Source of the DNA: Spirochaetia bacterium
Lineage (GTDB): Bacteria > Spirochaetota > Spirochaetia > WTKD01 > G963693115
Length of the DNA: 64,000 bases
Assembly (NCBI GenBank): GCA_965226055.1
Contig: CBDDCA010000006.1
Coordinates: forward strand, 258,251-322,250
Reading direction: 5' to 3'
Shown: piece after piece, positions 9,931 to 19,760 of the stretch
Layout of the letters: each line of letters starts with the position of its first letter
Position numbering within the stretch: position 1 is the first letter of the stretch
Translations under genes and position numbers: made by a program
Notes under the pieces: model-generated
Databases searched by the model: none
Told to the model about the DNA's origin: nothing
Seen by the model: only the letters and a program-made list of their open reading frames with translations

Positions 9931-10536
9931 TTATATTCTACTGAATAAGATACTGAACAAAATACCAAATCCTGACAACATGATAGTCATTTGAATTCCA
10001 AAAAACCAGTACATAATAGTACTGTTTGTTTTTATCGATTCTTTCATAGATTTTATTTCTGTTGTCAAATTTTCCCGTACACTATTTATTTCTGTTGTCA
10101 AATTTTCCCGTACACTGCTTATCTCTGTTGTTAAGTTCTCCCGTATGCTGTTTATTTCTGTTGTTAAGTTCTCCCGTACACTGTTTATTTCTGTTGTTAA
10201 TTTCTTCTCTACACTGTTTATTTCTGTTGTCAAATTTTCCCGTACACTGCTTATCTCTGTTGTCAAATTCTCTCGTACGCTGTTTATTTCTGTTGTCAAA
10301 TTTTCCCGTACACTATTTATTTCTATTGTCAAATTTTCCCGTACACTGCTTATCTCTGCTGTTAAGTTCTCCCGTACACTGCTTATCTCTGCTGTTAAGT
10401 TCTCCCGTACGCTGTTTATTTCTGTTGTTAATTTCTTCTCTACACTGTTTATTTTTTCTAATAAAAAATCATATTGTGTAATTGGAGTTGCAAGCATTCC
10501 ATCTTCATTTGTAATTTTCTCTTGTACTGCTCTCAT
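9931..10536 (-). CDS. Bdr-like tail-anchored coiled-coil protein built on 11-aa (33-bp) tandem repeats
   Basis: Central '(T)EI(N/S)SVRENLT' repeated about 12 times and a C-terminal hydrophobic anchor (IMYWFFGIQMTIMLSGFGILFSILF). The architecture resembles Borrelia Bdr/DUF1640-type proteins. Confidence 0.6.
   Translation of the reverse strand: MRAVQEKITNEDGMLATPITQYDFLLEKINSVEKKLTTEINSVRENLTAEISSVRENLTAEISSVRENLTIEINSVRENLTTEINSVRENLTTEISSVRENLTTEINSVEKKLTTEINSVRENLTTEINSIRENLTTEISSVRENLTTEINSVRENLTTEIKSMKESIKTNSTIMYWFFGIQMTIMLSGFGILFSILFSRI
10050..10460 (-). repeat. About 12.5 contiguous 33-bp tandem repeats, coding and in frame
   Basis: Consensus unit 'ttatttctgttgtcaaattttcccgtacactg(c/t)' with alternating variants (gtcaaatt / gttaagttctc). 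Confidence 0.9.
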
Positions 10537-10604
10537 AATTTTATTATATCATATTATTATCATTGAGTAAGTATGTAATCATTTGTAAGGTTGCAAATAA
10601 ACAA

Positions 10605-13600
10605 CTAGCGACAATTCCCCGCTGGAAGACACCATCCAGGCAAGTTTTTTACAGCTGTACCCTTAAACATATCTGTTTTTATCACACTGTTTGCTACATT
10701 CCAGTTACTCAAATTCTGATTAAAAACACTAGCATCAGCAAACATACTGCTCATATCGGTAACATTACTTACATTCCAATTCCCTATATCTTGATTAAAA
10801 ACATCAGCATCATAAAACATATACCTCATATTGGCAACATTACTTACATTCCAATTCCCTATATCCTGATTAAAAGCTTCAGCATCATAAAACATACTGT
10901 TCATATTGGTAACTTTACCTACATTCCATTTTGATATATCTCCATTGAAAAATTCTGTTTGATTAAACATATTGCTCATATCGGTAACTTTACTTACATT
11001 CCATAACGATACATCTCCATTAAAGTATTGTTTATCATAAAATAGCCCTCCCATGTCTGTTATGTTACTTGTATCTATCATGTTTAAGTTAGGGGCAAAT
11101 CCTTGTGCTTTTATCTCTGCTTCTATGGCTTCCTCTAACTTTTTTTTGTTTTGAGGAGTGTACTTGTATTCTATCGTAACTGATATTGTTTTTGATCTAC
11201 TGGCATCAGTATATGTATGTATTGCTTTCCCATCGCTCTTTTTACTGGTAAACTCTATAGTATAGGTCTTTGAAGCTGCTTTGGTAGGAGTACCTGATAT
11301 CTTCCCAGTATCAGCATCAAAGCTCAACCCTGTATCTGCTGTTATATCCGGACTTATACTAAAAATTCCTGCTATAGCGGGTGTTTTAGTAAGTGTTACT
11401 TCTTTATCTTTCGTTAATGGTACTCCTACATATGCCTTTACACTACCTCCTATACTAGCTCTACTTGCACTTATATTAAAATACCATGTAGGGAGTATTA
11501 CTACAGCTGTATGCTCAAACATATTTGTTTTACTCACAGTTTTATCCACATTCCATGTTTCAAGTTCTTTATTAAATACACTTGCTCCCTTAAACATATT
11601 GCTCATATCGGTAACTTTACTGACATTCCACCCTGTTATATCTTGATTAAACTTACTTGCATTAATAAACATACTACGCATATCGGTAACTTTACTGACA
11701 TTCCACCCTGTTATATCTTGATTAAACTCACTTGCCTTAAAAAACATACTGCTCATATTGGTAACGCTACTGACATTCCATCTTGATATATTTCCATTAA
11801 AATTAACTTCACTGGAAAATAGACTACTCATATCTTTTATTTTACTTGTATCTATCATAGTGAGATCGGGGGTATTTCCTTGTACAGTTATCTCTGTATT
11901 TATAGCCTGCTGTAATTCTGCTTTATTATTAGGAATATGCTTATACTCTTTAATAGTAACTAACACTTTTATAGTCCGCCTATCATCAATATATTTATGT
12001 ATGAGTGTTTTATCAGCCTCTTCACTTCTAAACTGTATGGTATACTCAGTCTGTGAAGTTACTGTGGTGGGAGTACCTGATATTATGCCAGTACTAGTAT
12101 CAAAGTTCAACCCTGTATTTGTTGTTATATTTGGACTTATACTAAAACTCCCTGTTATAACGGGCGTTTTGGTAAGTATTATTTTTTGACTGTCTAGGAG
12201 TGATAAATCTCTATAGACACTTATAGTAGTACTATTTGCACTTATACTAAAATACCATGTAGGCAACTTTTTTACTGCTGAAGCAAGAAACATATCTGTT
12301 TTTGTCACACCGCTATCTACATTCCAACTTTCAAGATCTTGGTTAAATGCATTTGCGTTATTAAACATAAAAAACATATTCGTAACACTACTGACATTCC
12401 AATTTGATATATCCCCATTAAATTTTTGTGCTCCTGCAAATATACTGCTCATATTGGTAACTTTACTTACATCCCATTTCGATACATTTCCATTAAAATG
12501 ATCTTTACTGGAAAATATATTACTCATATCTGTTATAGCACTCGTATCTATTATGTTTAGATTAGCGGTATTTCCTTGTGCATTTATCTCATCATCTACA
12601 GCCTTCTGTAATTCTGTTTTATCACTGGGCGTATACTTATACTGACTTATAGTTACATGTATCTCTATTGTCCGATCAGTATATGTATGTATTGTTTTCC
12701 CATTCTTTTCACTGGTAAACTGTATAGTATACTTAGTTTGTGAAGCTAATATAGTGGGAGTACCCGATATTGAGCCAGTGTTAGTATCAAAGTTCAACCC
12801 TGTATTTGTTGTTATATTTGGACTTATACTAAAACTCCCTGTTACATTAGACGTTTTAGTGAGTGTTATTGTTTCAGTGTTACTTAGCGATAAATCTTTG
12901 TATCCAGTTATAGTAGTTCTGTTTGCATTTATACTAAAATACCATGTAGGCAACTTCTTTACTACTGTACTTTCAAACATATTTGTTTTTATTACACTGC
13001 TTTTTACATTCCAGTTTTCCAGATTTGCACTAAACTTTGATGCAAAATTGAACATAGTTTCCATATTTGTAACTTTACTTACAGTCCAATTTTTTATATC
13101 TTGGTTAAAGCTTTGTGCAGATAGAAACATAGCTCTCATATTTATAACTTTACTTACAGTCCAATTTTTTATATCTTGGTTAAAGGCATGTGCTCCAGCA
13201 AATAAACTCTCCATATTTGTAACAGCACTTACATTCCATCCTGATATATCTCCATTAAATTTATTCGCATTCAAAAACATATTGCTCATATTTGTAACTT
13301 TACTTACATTCCATTTTGATATATCTCCATTGAAATTAGCTTTATCCTCAAATAGATTACTCATATCTGTTATAACACTTGTGTCTATTATGTTGAGATT
13401 AGCAGTATCTCCTTGTGCAGCTATCTCATCATCTACAGCTTTCTGTAACTCTGTTTTATTACTAGGAGTATGCTTATAACTTGTGGTAACTGATATTTTT
13501 ATTGTTCTATCAGTATATTTATGTGTCGCTGGATTACCTTTACTATCAGTAAAGCTACTGGTAAACTCTATAGTATAATCAGTCTTTGAAGCTGCTTTAG

Positions 13601-16600
13601 TAGGAGTTCCTGATATTGTGCCAGTGCTAGTATTAAAATCTAACCCTGTATTTACTGTTATATCTGGACTTATACTAAAACTTCCTGTTATATCAGGCGT
13701 TTTGGTAAAAGTTATTTCTTTATTTTTTGCAAGTGGAACATTTACATATGTATTTATACTACGATTACTTGCACTTATATTAAAATACCATGTAGGCAAC
13801 TTTGCTACTGCGGTATTCTTAAACATATCTGTTTTTGTCACACCACTTGCTACATTCCAGCTTTCAAGATCTTTTTCAAATGCATTTGCTCCACTGAGCA
13901 TACTACTCATATTGGTGACAGCATTTACATCCCATTCGGATATATCTCCATTGAAAGTAATATTATCCTTAAATAGATCACTCATATCTGTTATTTTACT
14001 TGTATCTATTATGTTGAGATTAGCTTCGTTTCCTTGTACATTTATCTCTGTAGTTATAGCTTGCTTTAATTCTGTTTTATTATTAGGAGTATGCTTATAC
14101 CTACGTATCTCTACCGATATTTTTATTGTCCTATCAGTATCAATATATTTATGTATTACTGTTCCATCTGTCTTTTTACTTGTAAACTGTATGGTATATT
14201 CAGTCTTTGAGATTGCTGTAAGAGGAGTACCCGATATTTTACCAGTGCTAGGATCAAAATCTAAACCTGTATTTTTTGCTATATCTGGACTAACGCTAAA
14301 ACTTCCTGTTATATTAGGTGTTTTGGTAAGGGTTATTTCTTTATCTGTTGCTAATGGTATGTTTTTATATGCAATTATCTTATTATCACTTGCACTTATG
14401 CTAAAATACCATGTAGGCAACTTTGCTACTGCGGTATTCTTAAATATATCTGTTTTTGTCACAGTCCCATCGCTTGCTACATTCCAATCTTCCAGATCTT
14501 GGTTAAATTTTGTCGCTCCCAAGAACATCTTGCCTATATCGGTAACGCTACTTATATTCCAGCTTGATATATCTTGATTAAACGCTGCCGCTGACGAAAA
14601 CATCTGATGCATATTCGTAACTTTTCCTACCTTCCAATTTGATATATCTTTATTAAAAATGGTTGCTCCCGAAAACATAGCTGTCATATTTGTAACTTTT
14701 CTTACATCCCAGCCCGACATATTGCTATTAAAATTTGCTGCTCCTAAAAACATTCGATTCATATCCGTAACTGCCCCTACATTCCACCCCGATATATCTT
14801 TATTGAAACTGGTTGCTCCCGAAAACATATTCCCCATATCATTCACATTTTGTACCTTCCAATTTGATATATCTTGATTAAAACTTGTCGCATTCCAAAA
14901 CATACCATTCATGTTAGTAACACTTTGTACCTTCCAGTTTGATATATCTTGATTAAAACTACCTGCATAATAAAACATACTGCTCATATCAATAACATTA
15001 CTTACATTCCAACCAGAAATATCCCCATTAAATGCAGCAGCTTGATTAAACATATGACTCATATCAGTAACATTACTTACATCCCACTCAGATATTTTAC
15101 CATTAAAAGTAGTATTACTATTAAATAATCCACTCATATCATCAATCTTACTAGTATCAATTATATTTAAGTCAGCAGTATTTCCTTGTAATCCTATCTC
15201 AGTATTTATATTGTTTATTAATTCTAATTTACCAGTAGGAGTATACTTATGCCCTATAGTAACTGTTATCGTTATTGTCCTATCAGTATAGGCATATATT
15301 GTTTTCCCATTCTTTTCACTGGTAAACTGTATGGTGTAAGGAGTTTTTGAAGCTACCTTTGTAGGAGTACCCGATATTGTCCCAGAGCTAGAATCAAAAC
15401 TCAAGCCTGTATTTGTTGTGATACTTGGACTTATACTAAAACTTCCTGCTATACTAGGTGTTTTGGTAACTTTTATTTCTTCACTTGCTCCTAATTTTAT
15501 ACGTGCTTGCCCTGTCAGAGCAGACTTATTTGCACTTATACTAAAATACCATGTAGGTAACTTTGCTACTGCGGTATTCTTAAACATATCTGTTTTTGTC
15601 ACAGTCCCATCGCTTGCCACCTTCCAGCTTTCAAGATCTTTGTCAAATGCACTTGCTCCTAAAAACATGCTACTCATATCAGCAACCTTGCTTACATTCC
15701 ATCCCGATACATTTTGATTGAAACTTGTTGCTCCTGAAAACATATTACTCATATCGGTAACGCTACTTACATCCCATCCCGATATATCTCCATTGAAATT
15801 AGCTTTATTCTCAAATATATTACTCATATCTGTTATATTACTTGTATTTATTATGTTTAAGTTAGCAGTATTTCCTTGTACTTCTATCTCCTTTTTTATG
15901 TTTTCCAATAACTCTGTTTTGTTGTTAGGAGTATAAAGATAAGTATTTATTGCTACTGATAGAGTGATGGATCTAGTATCGACATAAGTATATGTCGCTG
16001 GATTACCTGAGCTATCAGTAAAGCTACTGGTAAACTGTATGGTGTAAGAAGTTTGTGAAGCTGCCTCGGTAGGAGTACCCGATATTGTGCCAGTTCTAGT
16101 ATCAAAATCTAACCCTGTATTTGCTTTGATATCTGGACTTATACTGAAACTTCCTGCTATAAGGGGTGTCCTTGTCAGTATTATATCTGTTATTGGTACT
16201 TTTACTCCCTCATGTATACTATTGCTGCTTGCGCTTATACTAAAATACCATGTAGGTAATTTTGCTACTGCAGTATTCGTAAACATATTTGTTTTTGTCT
16301 TAAGGCTTGCTATATTCCAGTTTTCAATATCTCCATTAAATTTTATCGCCCCACTCAACATATTTTCCATATCAGTGACTTTACTTACATTCCACTCGGA
16401 TATATTTCCATTGAAAGTAGTGTTATCCTTAAATAGATCACTCATATCTGTTATGTTACTTGTATCTATTATGTTGAGATTAGCAGTATTTCCTTGTGCA
16501 TTTATCTCTGTAGTTATAGCTTGCTTTAATTCTGCTATATTATTGGGAGTATGCTTATATTTATGTATCTCTACTGATATTGTTATTGTTCTATCAGTAT

Positions 16601-19073
16601 AGGTATGTGTTGCTAAAGCACCTGTACTACCAGTAAAGCTACTGGTAAACTGTATGGTGTAAGAAGTTTGTGAAACTGCTTTGGTAGGAGTGCCTGATAT
16701 TGTCCCAGTGCTAGTATTAAAACTCAACCCTGTATTTGCTGTTATATCTGGACTAATACTAAAATTTCCTGCTATATCAGGCGTTTTGCTAAGGGTTATT
16801 TCTTCATTTTTTGCTAGCGGTATTCCTCTATATACATCTATACTAGCACTATTTGACTTTATGCTAAAATACCATGTAGGTAATTTTGCTACTGCGGTAT
16901 TCTTAAATATATCTGTTTTTGTCACAGCGATTGCTACATTCCAGCCTTCAAGATCTTGTGTAAACTTAGAAGCACCAGAAAACATGCTACTCATATTGGT
17001 AACCTTGCTTACATTCCATCCCGACACATTTTGATTGAAACTTGTTGCTCCTAAAAACATACTGCTCATATCGGCAACTTTACTTACATTCCATCCCGAT
17101 ACATTTTGATTGAAACTTGTTGCTCCTAAAAACATACTGCTCATATCGGTAACTTTACTTACATTCCATTTCGATATGTCTCCATTAAAACTTGTTGCTC
17201 CTGAAAACATACTGCTCATATCGGTAACTTTACTTACATTCCATTTCGATATATCTCCATTGAAAGTAGTGTTATCCTTAAATAGCCTACTCATATCTGT
17301 TATAAGACTCGTATTTATTATGTTTAGATTAGCAGTATTTCCTTGCAATCCTACCTCTGTTTTTATAGCTTCCAATAATTCTGCTTTATTTTTTGGCTTA
17401 TACTCTATAGTGAGCAATATTTCTATTGTCCTATCAGTATCAGTATAGGTATGTATTTCTGTCCTATCAGAGGAGGTACTTGTAAATGTTATAATATACT
17501 CAGTCTCTGAGGCTACCTTTGTAGGAGTACCTGATATTGTGCCAGTACTAGTATCAAAACTCAACCCTATACTCGTTATATCTGGCTTTATACCAAATTT
17601 TCCTGTTATATCAGGCGTTTTGCTAAGAGTTATTTTTTCATTATCTGCTAGTGATACCCCTTTATATACAGTGAGCTCATCAACATTAGCACTTATGCTA
17701 AAATACCATGTAGGCAATTTTGCTACTGCGGTATTTGTAAACATATCTTTTTTTGTCACAGTGCTTGCTACATTCCAGCCTTCAAGATCTTTATCAAATG
17801 CACTTGCTCCTGAAAACATACCATCCATATCTGTAATATTACTTACCTTCCACTTTGATATGTCTCCATTGAAACTTGTTGCTCCTGCAAACATATTACT
17901 CATATCGGTAACATTGCTTACATCCCACAATGATATATCTCTATTAAAGGTAGTGTCATCCTTAAATAGATCATGCATATCTTTTACAGCACTTGTATTT
18001 ATATAGTTAAAATTATCTACATCAGTATTTTTAATTGCTTCTATTAATTCGTTACGTGTTTTTACTATAGCAGTAAACACCGATACATATATAGAGAACT
18101 GGCTAGACTTTCCTAAGTAACTTCCATCCCCTGTAAAACGAATTGTATATTTTCTTCGTATACCATTTTCTTTATCCTTCAATAACCTTATTGCAGTGCC
18201 ATATATTTCTCCATTATTGTCCTTCATCTCCAATCCTGTATCTTCCGTAAGAGTTGTCGTTTTTCCATCAGTACTATTAAATTCAATACTCCATGTACCA
18301 GTAATTCCTGGAGGGCTTGTTGCAATATTGATTGGCATTAAAGGAACATTCAAGCTCGACTTGATTAACTGTTCATTATCATACCTATCTGTGATAGAGT
18401 TTCCATCACGCACAAGAGTAAATACATAATGCCAACTAGGAATACTTGTTGCAGGTACATTAGCTCCCTTAAATATATCTTGTATATTTACTGAATCTGC
18501 TACCTGCCATTTCTCTAAATCATACTGAAACACTGTTGCTTTATTAAACATGTTACTCATATCGGTAACCTTGCTCACATTCCAGCCTGATATATCTTGA
18601 TTAAAACTTGCTGCGGCTTCAAACATGTTACTCATATCGGTAACCTTGCTCACATTCCAGCCTGATATATTTTGATTAAAACTCGTTGCTCCCTTAAACA
18701 GATTACTCATATTAGTAACATTACTTACATTCCAGCCTGATATATTTCCATTAAAGGTAGTATTTCCTTCAAACATACTGCTCATATCAGTAATATTGCT
18801 TACATCCCAACTTGATATATCACCTGAAAAATTGGAAAATTCACCATCACCTTTGAATAAGCCGCTTATATCTTTTACTTTACTTGTATCTATAGTAGAG
18901 AGATCTGCTGCATTTCCGCGGGAGGCAATTTCTCGCTTAATGTTTTCAATAAGCGATTCTCTACTATCAGGAGAGTAAATAAAGTCTAAACTTAAAGATT
19001 TTTCTGGATCACAACCAGATACCAAAAAAGCGAAACATAAAAATAGCCAAAATATAAAAAATTGATACTTCAT
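10605..19073 (-). CDS. Giant 2822-aa modular surface lipoprotein: about 10 modules, each a DUF285 repeat block plus a He_PIG-type Ig-like domain
   Basis: Lipobox (FLVSGC). Each module reads '..NTANLNIIDTS.ITDMS.LF', then 3-8 repeats of 'F.GATSFNQDIS.WNVS.VTDMS.MF', then 'AVAKLPTWYFSISA...ITLTKTP.I(A/T)GSFSISPDIT.NTGLSFDTSTGTISGTPT...YTIQFTS'. Confidence 0.85.
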   Translation of the reverse strand: MKYQFFIFWLFLCFAFLVSGCDPEKSLSLDFIYSPDSRESLIENIKREIASRGNAADLSTIDTSKVKDISGLFKGDGEFSNFSGDISSWDVSNITDMSSMFEGNTTFNGNISGWNVSNVTNMSNLFKGATSFNQNISGWNVSKVTDMSNMFEAAASFNQDISGWNVSKVTDMSNMFNKATVFQYDLEKWQVADSVNIQDIFKGANVPATSIPSWHYVFTLVRDGNSITDRYDNEQLIKSSLNVPLMPINIATSPPGITGTWSIEFNSTDGKTTTLTEDTGLEMKDNNGEIYGTAIRLLKDKENGIRRKYTIRFTGDGSYLGKSSQFSIYVSVFTAIVKTRNELIEAIKNTDVDNFNYINTSAVKDMHDLFKDDTTFNRDISLWDVSNVTDMSNMFAGATSFNGDISKWKVSNITDMDGMFSGASAFDKDLEGWNVASTVTKKDMFTNTAVAKLPTWYFSISANVDELTVYKGVSLADNEKITLSKTPDITGKFGIKPDITSIGLSFDTSTGTISGTPTKVASETEYIITFTSTSSDRTEIHTYTDTDRTIEILLTIEYKPKNKAELLEAIKTEVGLQGNTANLNIINTSLITDMSRLFKDNTTFNGDISKWNVSKVTDMSSMFSGATSFNGDISKWNVSKVTDMSSMFLGATSFNQNVSGWNVSKVADMSSMFLGATSFNQNVSGWNVSKVTNMSSMFSGASKFTQDLEGWNVAIAVTKTDIFKNTAVAKLPTWYFSIKSNSASIDVYRGIPLAKNEEITLSKTPDIAGNFSISPDITANTGLSFNTSTGTISGTPTKAVSQTSYTIQFTSSFTGSTGALATHTYTDRTITISVEIHKYKHTPNNIAELKQAITTEINAQGNTANLNIIDTSNITDMSDLFKDNTTFNGNISEWNVSKVTDMENMLSGAIKFNGDIENWNIASLKTKTNMFTNTAVAKLPTWYFSISASSNSIHEGVKVPITDIILTRTPLIAGSFSISPDIKANTGLDFDTRTGTISGTPTEAASQTSYTIQFTSSFTDSSGNPATYTYVDTRSITLSVAINTYLYTPNNKTELLENIKKEIEVQGNTANLNIINTSNITDMSNIFENKANFNGDISGWDVSSVTDMSNMFSGATSFNQNVSGWNVSKVADMSSMFLGASAFDKDLESWKVASDGTVTKTDMFKNTAVAKLPTWYFSISANKSALTGQARIKLGASEEIKVTKTPSIAGSFSISPSITTNTGLSFDSSSGTISGTPTKVASKTPYTIQFTSEKNGKTIYAYTDRTITITVTIGHKYTPTGKLELINNINTEIGLQGNTADLNIIDTSKIDDMSGLFNSNTTFNGKISEWDVSNVTDMSHMFNQAAAFNGDISGWNVSNVIDMSSMFYYAGSFNQDISNWKVQSVTNMNGMFWNATSFNQDISNWKVQNVNDMGNMFSGATSFNKDISGWNVGAVTDMNRMFLGAANFNSNMSGWDVRKVTNMTAMFSGATIFNKDISNWKVGKVTNMHQMFSSAAAFNQDISSWNISSVTDIGKMFLGATKFNQDLEDWNVASDGTVTKTDIFKNTAVAKLPTWYFSISASDNKIIAYKNIPLATDKEITLTKTPNITGSFSVSPDIAKNTGLDFDPSTGKISGTPLTAISKTEYTIQFTSKKTDGTVIHKYIDTDRTIKISVEIRRYKHTPNNKTELKQAITTEINVQGNEANLNIIDTSKITDMSDLFKDNITFNGDISEWDVNAVTNMSSMLSGANAFEKDLESWNVASGVTKTDMFKNTAVAKLPTWYFNISASNRSINTYVNVPLAKNKEITFTKTPDITGSFSISPDITVNTGLDFNTSTGTISGTPTKAASKTDYTIEFTSSFTDSKGNPATHKYTDRTIKISVTTSYKHTPSNKTELQKAVDDEIAAQGDTANLNIIDTSVITDMSNLFEDKANFNGDISKWNVSKVTNMSNMFLNANKFNGDISGWNVSAVTNMESLFAGAHAFNQDIKNWTVSKVINMRAMFLSAQSFNQDIKNWTVSKVTNMETMFNFASKFSANLENWNVKSSVIKTNMFESTVVKKLPTWYFSINANRTTITGYKDLSLSNTETITLTKTSNVTGSFSISPNITTNTGLNFDTNTGSISGTPTILASQTKYTIQFTSEKNGKTIHTYTDRTIEIHVTISQYKYTPSDKTELQKAVDDEINAQGNTANLNIIDTSAITDMSNIFSSKDHFNGNVSKWDVSKVTNMSSIFAGAQKFNGDISNWNVSSVTNMFFMFNNANAFNQDLESWNVDSGVTKTDMFLASAVKKLPTWYFSISANSTTISVYRDLSLLDSQKIILTKTPVITGSFSISPNITTNTGLNFDTSTGIISGTPTTVTSQTEYTIQFRSEEADKTLIHKYIDDRRTIKVLVTIKEYKHIPNNKAELQQAINTEITVQGNTPDLTMIDTSKIKDMSSLFSSEVNFNGNISRWNVSSVTNMSSMFFKASEFNQDITGWNVSKVTDMRSMFINASKFNQDITGWNVSKVTDMSNMFKGASVFNKELETWNVDKTVSKTNMFEHTAVVILPTWYFNISASRASIGGSVKAYVGVPLTKDKEVTLTKTPAIAGIFSISPDITADTGLSFDADTGKISGTPTKAASKTYTIEFTSKKSDGKAIHTYTDASRSKTISVTIEYKYTPQNKKKLEEAIEAEIKAQGFAPNLNMIDTSNITDMGGLFYDKQYFNGDVSLWNVSKVTDMSNMFNQTEFFNGDISKWNVGKVTNMNSMFYDAEAFNQDIGNWNVSNVANMRYMFYDADVFNQDIGNWNVSNVTDMSSMFADASVFNQNLSNWNVANSVIKTDMFKGTAVKNLPGWCLPAGNCR

Positions 19074-19219
19074 ATAAATATATTCAATAATACGTACAAA
19101 AAAATAAATTTACTTAATATAAATTTAGTACATTTATACGATTTTTCAACCTCTTATGTACATAATATATATTACTATATTTTATTGTCAATAATATCAT
19201 TTTCCAATACTCCCAATAT

Positions 19220-19675
19220 TTATTTCTTACGTTTTGCTCGCGTACTCTTGGGTGTATTCTTCTGTTGTGTATCATTCTCATCATTCACCATGATAGTATT
19301 AAAATTGATAGGAGGCAGTAGTATTGGGGAAATGCCAGATTTTGCTGTTAATGAAGAAATATATTCTCTTACATAAGGAAAAAGAACAGCAGGAGCATCT
19401 TTTTTTGAAAATTCTTTCAATAATGCTATATTTGGTTCTTCTGCATCTTCTTGAAACTGTCCTGCACAAATAATTTCAATATGTAACGAGTTTTCTTCAT
19501 TTTGAATTGTAACCTTTAGTTCTACATATAGCATATTATTATCTTCATCTATTGAAGATTTTGCTTCCATCTGCGGATCAATTTCAGATGATTGTATAGT
19601 AGCAGCTCTCTGGAATACTACATGAGGAAATATAATAGAATGTATTCTAATACCAAGTGATTTATTTTTTTGCAT
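19220..19675 (-). CDS. secB: Protein-export chaperone SecB
   Basis: '..APAVLFPYVREYISSLTAKSGISPILLPPINFNTIM' matches the conserved SecB core (FPYaRe.is.l...gfPpl.LaPvNFdal). It has an acidic and basic C-terminal tail. Confidence 0.7.
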   Translation of the reverse strand: MQKNKSLGIRIHSIIFPHVVFQRAATIQSSEIDPQMEAKSSIDEDNNMLYVELKVTIQNEENSLHIEIICAGQFQEDAEEPNIALLKEFSKKDAPAVLFPYVREYISSLTAKSGISPILLPPINFNTIMVNDENDTQQKNTPKSTRAKRKK

Positions 19676-19760
19676 AAAACTACCTACTCTCTACTTTACT
19701 ATAAAATGCAATTTATTATTGCATCATAATATACTATTATATATTATCGCAACTGCAGCA

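Noticed and set aside
10050-10460. A regular 33-bp direct-repeat array that at first glance resembles a CRISPR locus
   Set aside because: The repeats are contiguous with no spacers. They sit inside and in frame with a 201-aa ORF that has an N-terminal domain and a C-terminal membrane anchor. This is a coding tandem repeat, not CRISPR.
10062-18978. About 20 plus-strand ORFs of 60-319 aa opposite the giant DUF285 gene (e.g. 12754-13479, 13618-14577)
   Set aside because: They overlap a well-supported 8.5-kb minus-strand gene, are highly repetitive because they are antisense to the DUF285 repeats, and have no starts with RBSs. They are artefacts.
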